From assembly GCA_052327205.1 (NCBI GenBank), contig CM126209.1:139872001-139936000 (forward strand): a DNA stretch of 64,000 bases, in the 5' to 3' direction. The stretch is from Somniosus microcephalus (taxonomy: Eukaryota). The position numbers were made by a program, and so were the translations under genes. Shown piece after piece: positions 24,946 to 38,134 of the stretch; positions within the stretch are counted from its first letter, which is position 1, and each line of letters starts with the position of its first letter. The notes under the pieces were generated by a model. The model ran no database searches, was not told the DNA's origin, and saw only the letters and a list, made by a program, of their open reading frames with translations.

Positions 24946-25642
24946 GGCGGTCAGAACAGGAGCAGGCCCAAGTGTCACGCCCTCTACACGTTCATTATCC
25001 AGCGAACATGTGAAGAATGACCACTTGGGCAAGTTGCTGGGAGTGCTGGCTCTCGTGGAGCTTTCCTCCAGTGAGAGTCAGTGCTGTCAGCAGACAACCG
25101 GGCGGGAACAAGGGGAAATGATCGGAGCCAGGAACAGGGACAGAAATAAGTAGGAAAAAAGTAACCTTGGGTGAGGGGGAATGGAAAGAAAAAATGCTAG
25201 AAAATTGATTTTTCAAAAGCAACGTTCTTTTAAATGGACTTTTTCTTTGAATGAAATATGTGAAGAGGAGGACTGCAGCTCCCTGAAGAGTGAAACTCCT
25301 GGCATGCTATTCACTCTTCAGATCAAAGGGGCCTGGTTCTCTTGAGAAGCCAAGCTAAGCTGACACCATTTTTAGCCATGAAGGGGAAAGTGTGTTAGAC
25401 AGCGACAACTGTGACTGTTGGGTCTCCTGCAGAATTAGTACTTTGATGTCATTAATGATTGGGAAACACTGTTTCTACATTAAGCAATACCCTTCTATCG
25501 TAAGTCAGGATGGTGATCGAGGGTGAATTGCACTTTATGATGTTAGTACATGGAATTATATGGGATTTCTTTGCCTGATATTTTAACAAACGCATTAATC
25601 TGCTTATTGTTAAATGAAATAGCAGATGGAGGAATTTCATAC

Positions 25643-26040
25643 AAAAGCAAAATACTGCGGATGCAGGAAATCTGAAATAAAAACAGAAAATGCTGGAAAT
25701 ACTCAGCAGGTCAGGCAGCATCTGTGGAGAGAGAAACAGAACAAAAGGGAAGGTCTGTGATAGGGTGGAAGGCAGGAGAGATTAAGAGACATTAAGAGAT
25801 GGTGCAAGGCAAAAGGAGATGGTAATGGGACAAGTTAGGAAACAAAAGATGGCTCTAGATGAAGTGTAAATGGCAATGGCCCTTTTGTTCTTTCCTCCCC
25901 TCCCCCCTTTCCCTGCCCCTGCTCTTGCTTAAAAACCTGTTCCATCTCCAGCCTTTTCCAGTTCTGACGAAGGGTCATCGACCTGAAACGTTAACTCTGT
26001 TAATCTCTCCACAGATGCTGCCTGACCTGCTGAGTATTTC
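25643..26040. mobile_element. Penelope-type non-autonomous element with inverted terminal segments and a 14-bp TSD
   Basis: gaaatactcagcaggtcaggcagcatctgtggagag recurs inverted at the right end. TSD gaggaatttcatac at 25629-25642 and 26041-26054. Carries a hammerhead core. Confidence 0.75.
25960..25996 (+). ncRNA. Minimal type-I hammerhead ribozyme motif
   Basis: AGTT-CTGACGA-A-GGGTC(ATC)GACCT-GAAA-CGTT-AACT: intact core, stem II, stem I AGTT/AACT, and palindromic AACGTT in place of stem III. Confidence 0.7.
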
Positions 26041-26084
26041 GAGGAATTTCATACGTTTGTCTTAACATGTTTTTATGTGACAGG

Positions 26085-26240
26085 AAATAGAGTTAGGGTA
26101 AATGGGTCTTGCCTGGATTGGAGAGGGGTTGAAAGTGGTGTACCCCAGGGGTCAGTGCTGGGTCTATTTATGTTCTCAGTGTGTAGATAGATGATTTGGA
26201 CTTGGGTAGAGTGAACAGTCTCGAAATGTGCTGACAACAC
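26085..26240 (+). mobile_element. Old CR1 RT fragment
   Basis: agtggtgtaccccaggggtcagtgctgggt ([10 protein letters not shown]). Confidence 0.65.
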
Positions 26241-26755
26241 AAGAGTAGGAAGGGAGGGGGAGCGGGGATTTGGCAAACGGTGAAGAGGATTGTAAAAGAC
26301 CCCAGGAGGACATAGCCTAAAAATGTAACAGGATTGGGCTCTGGCACTCTGCTTGGCAAAGTGTTAAAAGTAGGAACACTTCTCCTGGAAGCGCAATGAA
26401 TATACATCAGCCAACAGTGCATGCTCCAGCGTTAATTGGCAATTTGTACCTTGTCGATGTTTAACAAACACTTCCCTGTTGTGAGCTGTTTAATTAATGT
26501 CAGTTATACAATGTGATAATTAGCGGAAAACAAACTGGCAGTAAGAACAAAGAGCAGCGTTTGGGAGTCTGTATCTGTGTTTAAAGAAACATTTGCCTCC
26601 ATTTAACCTGTGTGAGGGGCCTGCAGTAAGAAAAGGGCATTTGATTTCCATCTTTATTATCGCCTGGATTTTCCACGGAGCCCTCCCAAACTCCCACTGT
26701 AACTTCGGCAGAAGGTGGTGAGGTTACCCGGGAAACACGGGTGTTTACATTGTTT

Positions 26756-26933
26756 GGGGGTCATTGGAACTTTTGGCGGGGGGTGTAAAACTAACTATGC
26801 GGATCGGTCGTCCATTATACACCCCACCTGAATTTTCTTTCTTGAAAGGAAAGTAAAATCAGGCTGGGTATATGGCAGGCGGCCGATCCGATATCACCTG
26901 TCTTACATCCTCGCCGTAAATTACAATGACCCC
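26756..26933. mobile_element. Small MITE with terminal inverted repeats
   Basis: gggggtcattggaacttt ... aaattacaatgaccccc. Confidence 0.55.
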
Positions 26934-27250
26934 CCCTTTCTCCCAGGTTTCCCTTGACCTTCCGCTGAGTTTACAGTGGGGAATGGAAAAACTCCACAGG
27001 TATTCTACCCCGTATTTGTTTGTCTGCGATACTCAACGCAAACTCGCGTGCTGTGTACATTCACAAGCATATACAGACTCTACTACAAACCAGGAAATCT
27101 CCACTATCAAATAAATGTTGCAGTACTGGTGCAATTAACTTGACTGGTGCCTCCCAACATTGAGGCCCTGGTGCTCCTGACATGTTATGAGTGGCCCCAT
27201 ATTAACTGACAAAGTCAGCTACTTTGTGAGCAGAGGCAGCAGGTACTCAC

Positions 27251-27411
27251 CAACAGTCCCCCTAATTTTAAAGTTGGGTGCGCGGTTCTTTTAACGGGCT
27301 ATGCGGCCAATTCAAAGTTTCGTACATGCGTGAAATTTCACGAGAAGCCTGGCCTGGGCTGCACGAGACCAGGAGAGAGCTGCGCGGCCATGCAGCTTAG
27401 AGGGAACATTG
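27251..27411. mobile_element. hAT-like MITE
   Basis: Termini caacagtccccctaa / ttagagggaacattg. Imperfect 8-bp TSD gtactcac / gtgctcat. Confidence 0.6.
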
Positions 27412-28086
27412 GTGCTCATGGTACAGGCAGTACAGACTATGCGTGTGGTGCTCATGGTACTCGCGGTGCACGTGATGCTCTCACTCACAGTGCTCGCACA
27501 CACAGTACATGCAGTCCTCACACACACACATGGTACACGCAGTGCTCACACACACACATGGTACACACAGTGCTCACACACACACATTACACGCAGTGCT
27601 CGCACACACACACTACACGCAGTGCTCGCACACACACACTACACGCAGTGCTCGCACACACAGTACATGCAGTGCTCGCACACACAGTACATGCAGTGCT
27701 CGCACACACAGTACATGCAGTGCTCGCACACACAGTACATGCAGTGCTCGCACACACAGTACATGCAGTGCTCGCACACACAGTACATGCAGTGCTCGCA
27801 CACACAGTACATGCAGTGCTCGCACACACAGTACATGCAGTGCTCGCACACACAGTACATGCAGTGCTCACGCACAGTACACGCAGTGCTCGCACACACA
27901 CAACACAGTGCTTGCACACACACAATACACGAACACACAGTACATGTAGTGCTCGCACACACACACACTACAGAAAGTGCTCGCACACACACAGTACACG
28001 CAATGCTCGCACACACACAGTACACGCAGTGCTCAGACACACATTACACACAGTGCTCACACACACATTACACACAATGCTCACAC

Positions 28087-28441
28087 AGCACGGTGGCATA
28101 GTGGTTAGCACTGTTGCCTCACAGCGCCAGGGACCCGGGTTCGAATCCGGCCTCGGGTGACTGTCTGTGTGGAGTTTGCACATTCTCCCCGTGTTTGCGT
28201 GGGTTTCCTCCGGGTGCTCCGGTTTCCTCCCACAGTCCAAAGATGTGCGGGTTAGGTTGATTGGCTATGATAAATTGACCCTTGGTGTTAGGGGGATTAA
28301 ATACGTGGGGTTACGGGGATAGGGTGGGATATGTGTTGGTGTAGGGGTTACGGGGATCGGGTGGGATATGTGTCGGTGCAGGCTCGATGGGCCGAAATGG
28401 CCTCTATCTGCACTGGGGTTTCTGTGATTCTGTGATTCTGT
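28087..28441 (+). mobile_element. HE1-like V-SINE (tRNA head, V domain, CR1-type tail)
   Basis: A box TGGCATAGTGG, B box GGTTCGAATCC, V core ctgtgtggagtttgcacattctccccgtg...gggtttcctccgggtgctccggtttcctcccaca, (tctgtgat)n tail. Confidence 0.9.
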
Positions 28442-29743
28442 GTGAAACAGTACACACAGTGCTCGCACACACACAGTACATGCAGTCTTCACATACACAG
28501 TACACACAGTGTTCACAAACACACAGTGCTCACACACAGTACACACAGTGCTCACACACACAGTACACGCAATGCTCACACACACCATACATGCAGTACA
28601 CACACTGCTCACACACACACAGTACACGCAGTGCTCACACACAGTACACACAGTGCTCACACACACAGTACACGCACTACTCACACAGCACACTGTGCTC
28701 CCATGCACACAGTACACACAATGCTCACACACACAGGACACATAGTTTCACACACACAGGACTCACAGTGCTCATACACACGCAGTACATGCAGTGCTCG
28801 CACACGCACAGTACACGCAGTGCTCGCACACGCACAGTACACGCAGTGCTCGCACACGCACAGTACACGCAGTGCTCGCACACGCACAGTACACGCAGTG
28901 CTCGCACACGCACAGTACACGCAGTGCTCGCACACGCACAGTACACGCAGTGCTCGCACACGCACAGTACACAGTGCTCGCACACGCACAGTACACAGTG
29001 CTCGCACACGCACAGTACACAGTGCTCGCACACGCACGGTACGCGCAGTGCTCGCGCGCACGGTACGCGCAGTGCTCGCGCGCGCACGGTGCGCGCAGTG
29101 CTCGCGCGCGCACGGTGCGCGCAGTGCTCGCGCGCGCACGGTGCGCGCAGTGCTCGCGCGCGCACGGTGCGCGCAGTGCTCGCGCGCGCACGGTGCGCGC
29201 AGTGCTCGCGCGCGCGCACGGTGCGCGCAGTGCTCGCGCGCGCGCACGGTGCGCGCAGTGCTCGCGCGCACGGTGCGCGCAGTGCTCGCGCGCGCGCACG
29301 GTGCGCGCAGTGCTCGCGCGCACGGTGCGCGCAGTGCTCGCGCGCACGGTGCGCGCAGTGCTCGCGCGCACGGTGCGCGCAGTGCTCGCGCGCACGGTGC
29401 GCGCAGTGCTCGCGCGCGCGCACGGTGCGCGCAGTGCTCGCGCGCGCGCACGGTGCGCGCAGTGCTCGCGCGCGCGCACGGTGCGCGCAGTGCTCGCGCG
29501 CGCGCACGGTGCGCGCAGTGCTCGCGCGCGCGCGCACGGTGCGCGCAGTGCTCGCGCGCGCGCACGGTGCGCGCAGTGCTCGCGCGCGCGCACGGTGCGC
29601 GCAGTGCTCGCGCGCGCGCACACGGTGCGCGCAGTGCTCGCGCGCGCACACATTACACACAGTGCTCATACTGCACGCAGTGCTCACACACACAGTACAC
29701 ACATTGCTTGCACTCACACAGTACACGCAGCGCTCACACACAG

Positions 29744-30126
29744 TCATCATCATCATCGGCGACCACTCGAATTCGAGTATGGTATGTCCTTCATCAGTCA
29801 TCTACTTGTGGGTCTTCAGGTGGCTGTGGAGGCCAATTCGCGATCCACAGACTCTACTACAGTCTGGGCATATAAGACTATTGGTAGTGACTGGAGTATG
29901 GGTCTTCTTAAGTAGTTGTCTCTCCTTACAGCGCTGGCGTTTATCCTCAGCGGCACGCTGGAGATTCTTTTTATGTAGTGCGGCACCGTTGTGGATGCAT
30001 TTTCTCCAATTGTCTCTGTCCAGTGTGATTTCCTCCCAGTTATTAATATCGACATGGAACTTTTTAAGGATTACTTTGATGTTATCTTTGTAACGCTTCT
30101 TTTGACCACCAGGAGACCTCTGCCCA
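29744..30126 (-). mobile_element. RTE LINE 3' fragment, copy 1
   Basis: GGQKKRYKD...CPDCSRVCGSRIGLHSHLKTH and a (gat)n tail. Confidence 0.9.
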
Positions 30127-31192
30127 CCCAAAACAGGTTCACACACAGTACACGCAATGCACACACGCACACGCACACACACAGTACACACAGTGCTCAC
30201 ACACACAGACACAGTGCTCACACACACAGACACAGTACACACAGTGCTCACACACAGTACACACACAGTACACGCAATGCTCACACACACAGTACACGCA
30301 ATGCTCACACACACAGTACACACAGTGCTCACACACAGTACACACACAGTACACGCAATGCTCACACACACAGTACACACAGTGCTCGCACACACACAGT
30401 ACACGCAGTGCACAGACACATTACACGCAGTGCTCGCACACACGGTACACACAGTGCTCACACACACACAGTACACGCAATGCTCACACACACCATACAC
30501 TCAGTACACACACTGCTCACACACACACAGTACACGCAGTGCTCACACACAGTACACACAGTGCTCACACAGCACACTGCTCCCATGCACACAGTACACA
30601 ATGCTCACACACACAGGACACATAGTTTCACACACACAGGACTCAGTGCTCATACACACGCAGTACACGCAGTGCTCACACATACACAGGATACGCAGTG
30701 CTCCCACACAAACAGTACATGCAGTGCTCGCACACGCACGGTACACGCAGTGCTCGCGCACGCACGGTGCACGCAGTGCTCGCGCACGCACGGTGCACGC
30801 AGTGCTCGCGCACGCACGGTGCACGCAGTGCTCGCGCACGCACGGTGCACGCAGTGCTCGCGCACGCACGGTGCACGCAGTGCTCGCGCACGCACGGTGC
30901 ACGCAGTGCTCGCGCACGCACGGTGCACGCAGTGCTCGCGCACGCACGGTGCACGCACGGTGCACGCAGTGCGCACGCACGGTGCACGCAGTGCTCGCGC
31001 ACGCACGGTGCACGCAGTGCTCATAGTGCGCGCACGCACGGTGCACGCAGTGCTCATAGTGCTCACACACACAGTACACGCTGTGCTCACACACACAGTA
31101 CACGCTGTGCTCACACACACAGTACACGCTGTGCTCACACACACAGTACACGCTGTGCTCACACACACAGTACACGCAGCGCTCACACACAG

Positions 31193-31575
31193 TCATCATC
31201 ATCATCGGCGACCACTCGAATTCGAGTATGGTATGTCCTTCATCAGTCATCTACTTGTGGGTCTTCAGGTGGCTGTGGAGGCCAATTCGCGATCCACAGA
31301 CTCTACTACAGTCTGGGCGTATAAGACTATTGGTAGTGACTGGAGTATGGGTCTTCTTAAGTAGTTGTCTCTCCTTACGGCGCTGGCGTTTATCCTCAGC
31401 GGCACGCTGGAGATTCTTTTTATGTAGTGCGGCACCGTTGTGGATACATTTTCTCCAATTGTCTCTGTCCAGTGTGATTTCCTCCCAGTTATTAATATCG
31501 ACATGGAACTTTTTAAGGATTACTTTGATGTTATCTTTGTAACGCTTCTTTTGACCACCAGGAGACCTCTGCCCT
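31193..31575 (-). mobile_element. RTE LINE 3' fragment, copy 2 (duplicate of copy 1)
   Basis: Same junctions as copy 1 and about 4 substitutions. Confidence 0.9.
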
Positions 31576-34500
31576 CCCAAAACAGGTTCACACACAGCAT
31601 ACGCACACGCACACACACACGCACACACACAGTACACACAGTGCTCACACACGTACACACAGTGCTCACACACGTACACGCAGTGCTCACACACGTACAC
31701 GCAGTGCTCACACGTACACGCAGTGCTCACACACGTACACGCAGTGCTCACACACGTACACGCAGTGCTCACACACGTACACGCAGTGCTCACACGTACA
31801 CGCAGTGCTCACACACGTACACGCAGTGCTCACACACGTACACGCAGTGCTCACACGTACATGCAGTGCTCACACACGTACACGCAGTGCTCACACACGT
31901 ACACGCAGTGCTCACACACGTACACGCAGTGCTCACACACACAGTACACGCAGTGCTCACACACGCAGTACACGCAGTGCTCACACACGCAGTACACGCA
32001 GTGCTCACACACGCAGTACACGCAGTGCTCACACACGCAGTACACGCAGTGCTCACACACGCAGTACACGCAGTGCTCACACACGCAGTACACGCAGTGC
32101 TCACACACGCAGTACACGCAGTGCTCACACACGCAGTGCTCACACACGCAGTGCCCATACACACGCAGTACACGCAGTGCCCATACACACGCAGTACACG
32201 CAGTGCCCATACACACGCGGTACACGCAGTGCCCATACACACGCGGTACACGCAGTGCTCGCACACGCGCGGTACACGCAGTGCTCGCACACGCGCGGTA
32301 CACGCAGTGCTCGCACACGCGCGGTACACGCAGTGCTCGCACGCGCGCGGTACACGCAGTGCTCGCACGCGCGCGGTACACGCAGTGCTCGCACGCGCGC
32401 GGTACACGCAGTGCTCGCACGCGCGCGGTACACGCAGTGCTCGCACGCGCGCGGTACACGCAGTGCTCGCACGCGCGCGGTACACGCAGTGCTCGCACGC
32501 GCGCGGTACACGCAGTGCTCGCACGCGCGCGGTACACGCAGTGCTCGCACGCGCGCGGTACACGCAGTGCTCGCACGCGCGCGGTACACGCAGTGCTCGC
32601 ACGCGCGCGGTACACGCAGTGCTCGCACGCGCGCGGTACACGCAGTGCTCGCACGCGCGCGGTACACGCAGTGCTCGCACGCGCGCGGTACACGCAGTGC
32701 TCGCACGCGCGCGGTACACGCAGTGCTCGCACGCGCGCGGTACACGCAGTGCTCGCACGCGCGCGGTACACGCAGTGCTCGCACGCGCGCGGTACACGCA
32801 GTGCTCGCACGCGCGCGGTACACGCAGTGCTCGCACGCGCGCGGTACACGCAGTGCTCGCACGCGCGCGGTACACGCAGTGCTCGCACGCGCGCGGTACA
32901 CGCAGTGCTCGCACGCGCGCGGTACACGCAGTGCTCGCACACGCGCGGTACACGCAGTGCTCGCACACGCGCGGTACACGCAGTGCTCGCACACGCGCGG
33001 TACACGCAGTGCTCGCACACGCGCGGTACACGCAGTGCTCGCACACGCGCGGTACACGCAGTGCTCGCACACGTACACGCAGTGCTCACGCACGGTACAC
33101 GCAGTGCTCACACGCACGGTACACGCAGTGCGCTCACACGCACGGTACACGCAGTGCGCTCACACGCACGGTACACGCAGTGCGCTCACACGCAGTACGC
33201 GCAGTGCGCTCACACGCAGTACGCGCAGTGCGCTCACACGCAGTACGCGCAGTGCGCTCACGCAGTACGCGCAGTGCGCTCACACGCAGTACGCGCAGTC
33301 AGTACACGCAGTGCGCTCGCGCGCAGTACACGCAGTGCGCTCGCGCGCAGTACACGCAGTGCGCTCGCGCGCAGTACACGCAGTGCGCTCGCGCGCAGTA
33401 CACGCAGTGCGCTCGCGCGCAGTACACGCAGTGCGCTCGCGCGCAGTACACGCAGTGCGCTCGCGCGCAGTACACGCAGTGCGCTCGCGCGCAGTACACG
33501 CAGTGCGCTCGCGCGCAGTACACGCAGTGCGCTCGCGCGCAGTACACGCAGTGCGCTCGGCGCGCAGTACACGCAGTGCGCTCGGCACGCAGTGCGCTCG
33601 GCGCGCAGTACACGCAGTGCAGCGCAGTACACGCAGTGCGCTCGGCGCGCAGTACACGCAGTACGCTCGGCGCGCAGTACACGCAGTACGCTCGGCGCGC
33701 AGTACACGCAGTACGCGCGGCGCGCTCACGCAGTACGCGCGGCGCGCGCTCACGCAGCAAACGCGGCGCGCGCTCACACGCGGCACACGCGGCGCGCGCT
33801 CACACGCGGCACACGCGGCGCGCGCTCACACGCGGCACACGCGGCGCGCGCTCACACGCGGCGCGCGCTCACACGCGGCACACGCGGCGCGCGCTCACAC
33901 GCGGCACACGCGGCGCGCGCTCACACGCGGCACACGCGGCGCGCGCTCACGCGGCACACGCGGCGCGCGCTCACACGCGGCACACGCGGCGCGCGCTCAC
34001 ACGCGGCACACGCGGCGCGCGCTCACGCGGCACACGCGGCGCGCGCTCACACGCGGCACACGCGGCGCGCGCTCACACGCGGCACACGCGGCGCGCGCTC
34101 ACACGCGGCACACGCGGCGCGCGCTCACACGGCACACGCGGCGCGCGCTCACACACAGCACACGCGGCGCGCACACAGTACACGCAGCGTTCACACACAC
34201 AGTACACATTGCTCACACACACACACACAGTACACGCAGTGCTCACACACAGTACACGCAGTGCTCGCACACACACTGTACACGCAGTGCGCGCGCACAG
34301 TACACGCAGTGCTCACACACAATGCACAGCGCTTACACACACACACAATACACAGTGCTCACACCCACTGTACACGCAGTGCTCACACACACTGTACACG
34401 CAGTGCGCTCACACGCACGGTACACGCAGTGCGCTCACACGCAGTACACGCAGTGCGCTCACACGCAGTACACGCAGTGCGCTCACACGCAGTACACGCA

Positions 34501-37500
34501 GTGCGCTCACACGCAGTACACGCAGTGCGCTCACACGCAGTACACGCAGTGCGCTCACACGCAGTACACGCAGTGCGCTCACACGCAGTACACGCAGTGC
34601 GCTCACACGCAGTACACGCAGTGCGCTCACACGCAGTACACGCAGTGCGCTCACACGCAGTGCGCTCACGCAGTACACGCAGTGCGCTCACACGCAGTGC
34701 GCTCACGCAGTACACGCGGCGCGCTCACACGCATTACACGCGGCGCGCTCACACGCGACGCGCTCACACGCGGTGCGCGCTCACACACAGCACACGCGGC
34801 GCGCGCTCACAGCACACGCGGCGCGCGCTCACACAGCACACGCGGCGCGCGCTCACACACAGCACACGCGGCGCGCGCTCACACACAGCACACGCGGCGC
34901 GCGCTCACACACAGCACACGCGGCGCGCGCTCACACAGCACACGCGGCGCGCGCTCACACACAGCACACGCGGCGCGCGCTCACACAGCACACGCGGCGC
35001 GCGCTCACACACAGCACACGCGGCGCGCGCTCACAGCACACGCGGCGCGCGCTCACACACAGCACACGCGGCGCGCGCTCACGCGGCACGCGCGCACACA
35101 GCACACGCAGCGCTCACACACAGTACACGCAGCGTTCACACACAGTACTCATTGCTCACACACACACAGTACACGCAGTGCTCACACACGCAGTGCTCGC
35201 ACACACAGTACACGCAGTGCGTACACGCAGTGCTCACACACAATGCACAGCGCTTACACACACACACAATACACACAGTGCTCACACACACTACATGCAG
35301 TGCTCACACACACTGTACACGCAGTGCTCACACACACAGTACATGCAGTGTTCACACTCACACAGTACACACAGTGCTCACACACACACAGTACACAGTG
35401 CTCGCACACACACATTACACACAGTGCTCACACACACACACAGTACACACCGTGTTCACACTCACACAGTACACGCAGTGCTCGCACACAGTACACGCAG
35501 CGCTCGCACACAGTACACGCAGCGCTCGCACACAGTACACGCAGCGCTCGCACACAGTACACGCAGCGCTCGCACACAGTACACGCAGCGCTCGCACACA
35601 GTACACGCAGCGCTCGCACACAGTACACGCAGCGCTCGCACACAGTACACGCAGCGCTCGCACACAGTACACGCAGCGCTCGCACACAGTACACGCAGCG
35701 CTCGCACACAGTACACGCAGCGCTCGCACACAGTACACGCAGCGCTCGCACACAGTACACGCAGCGCTCGCACACAGTACACGCAGCGCTCGCACACCGT
35801 ACACGCAGCGCTCGCACACGCCGTACACGCAGCGCTCGCACACGCCGTACACGCAGCGCTCGCACACGCCGTACACGCAGCGCTCGCACACGCCGTACAC
35901 GCAGCGCTCGCACACGCCGTACACGCAGCGCTCGCACACGCCGTACACGCAGCGCTCGCACACGCCGTACACGCAGCGCTCGCACACGCCGTACACGCAG
36001 CGCTCGCACACGCCGTACACGCAGCGCTCGCACACGCCGTACACGCAGCGCTCGCACACGCCGTACACGCAGCGCTCGCACACGCCGTACACGCAGCGCT
36101 CGCACACGCCGTACACGCAGCGCTCGCACACGCCGTACACGCAGCGCTCGCACACGCCGTACACGCCGCGCTCGCACACGCCGCGCTCGCACACGCCGCG
36201 CTCGCACACGCCGCGCTCGCACACGCCGCGCTCGCACACACCCTCACAGAACTCTGGCACAACTACACTGAGTCTGTTACAATGTTGCAAATTTAATGGT
36301 ACCTGCATGGACTACACAGAAGTACATCACCCAGTAGTGTCACACTCATTATGATGCCATTGCACTATGCGTCAGAATCCCACGCTGGTTTGTGATTACG
36401 CAGCAGGAAAATTCCAGCTAAATTGTAATGGTTTAATTTATTCTATTCTTGTCCACATTTAAAATAAGCCCTGTTTGTTACTGGACCTTGAGAAGTGGAG
36501 TCAGGGAGATTTTGCATAAGGGTGCCGTCTATGTTGATGCCAGAAGGTTATAGTGTTGTCACAAAATAGTCTGACTCTCTGTTGTCTGTGAGCAAACAAC
36601 ATCTTTGTCTAAGGTTATATCGAAGTGTTCAGATACAGTCGTTGAAGTATCGCCACACAATTAAAATCAATCATTACCCAGACTTGTGAGTGAGCTCCAG
36701 TGTTATGTTACCAAATCCGCATAGTCAATGAGATAAATAGACTTGACAGGACAGCGGTGTTATGTATTCATGCCTGACTGCACAGGGTTACTAAAGCACA
36801 GATCCTAGTAATGGTTTAATGAGCAGCCCTGGCGCGAAGCTGTGTTCACACCTGGTGGAAGCAATGGGGATTTCTGTCTGAGTTCACAGTGTAAAACTGT
36901 CAGGCAGGCGACCAGTTTGATCGTGCTTCTTTCCTGTGCGTGGGGCTTGTGTTGGTGATTGTGGGGGGTTCCAGTTCAAAAGGTCAGAGCCACTTCTACT
37001 GGTCAGGTTTAGGAGTTCTTGTAAAATGGCGGAAACCCTGTGTTGATCAGGAAATCCTGAGCTAGACTGATGGAAAGTGGGAGCTGAGCCACGCACTCGG
37101 TGGGAAAGCCAGCTCCTGTTCTCTCAATAACCCGGCTGACATTTTACCTTCAGAGTGGATGTCAGCTGAGCTTTGCAGACTTTCAACTGCAGCAGAAGAT
37201 TTCCAACAAGTGTAAACGCTTTCAGGTTATTACTGCCATTACCTGGCTGCACTTTAACAGATCGTAGGAGTAAGTGCCTCAGTTCAAGCAGAAAATGAGA
37301 AGGGGCTGAGAGGAAATGGTTCTGGCCCATAGGAAGCACTTCAGAAGCAGCGTGTCCCTGTCACAGGCTGTTTGTCTCTCCTCCTCCCCTCAGATCTCCC
37401 AATAACTCTAAACCCCTCTCCCCCACACCTCCCACTAACTCTAAACCCCTCTCCCCCACACACCTTTTTGCCTTCATCTTCTGTCTATCTTTTCCCCTCT

Positions 37501-37754
37501 GTTTTCACCCTTCCCCCCGCCCCACCCTATTCTCCTTGTCCACCGAATCTTCTGCTCTGCTGGTCATTTTTCAACTTTTATTTCAATTTAGCTCCCTTTT
37601 GGAATTTTTTCTAAAGTTATCTTAGGCCCCTCCCTTCCCCTCTAACCAACCACCTCTTATTTTCTCTGGTAACCTTTTTCTTGTATCTGAACCTGTTTTA
37701 TGTTATTTCAGCTTGGCTTCCTCAGTAACTCATTGGGTAGATGCACTACATGGT

Positions 37755-37882
37755 GTAAAGAAAGAACTTGCATTTATTTAGCACTTTTCACATCTTTGGG
37801 ATGTTTCACAACCAACCAATCACTTTTAAAGTGTAGTCACTGTTGTTGTGTAAGCAAGCATGGCAGCCAAATGTGCACAATT
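37755..37882 (-). mobile_element. Deu-SINE 3' tail fragment
   Basis: aaagaaagaacttgcatttat...gtgtagtcactgttg. Confidence 0.65.
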
Positions 37883-38134
37883 GTGCCCAGTTCCGGTGTT
37901 TCCGCTACACTTACGGTAAAGGTAAGGCAGTGGATAGGAGCAACTCGGAGGAATTTCCAGCTCCAGGTGTTTCTAACCTTTCCTCATAACACAGTCCTCT
38001 GACATTAAAGATTAGTCTCAGGGTCCTTCTCATCCTAGGGTGTTTCCTTTGTGCCTCCATGATAAGAACTGAATACAATATTCCAAGTACTGCCTCGCCA
38101 GATCTCTTCAGACTCTTATTGAGCAACATAGCTC

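Larger units (their letters stand above)
27480..36240. repeat. ~8.8 kb compound CA/CG-rich minisatellite (unit ~20-26 bp, e.g. CACACACAGTACACGCAGTGCTC) with many homogenised sub-arrays
   Basis: Direct periodicity; source of all the very long repetitive ORFs in the track. Confidence 0.97.

Noticed and set aside
24945-25150. Possible exon (PKCHALYTFIIQ, reminiscent of angiopoietin-like N-termini)
   Set aside because: Early stop, no + strand splice signals, and the sequence resembles the old SINE-like repeat body.
28087-28160. tRNA gene
   Set aside because: It is the tRNA-derived head of an HE1/V-SINE and continues into the V domain and tail.
27330-36354. Very long His/Thr/Arg/Cys-rich ORFs (up to 1618 aa) on both strands
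   Set aside because: They arise from a stop-poor tandem repeat and are open in several frames at once, with no domain content.
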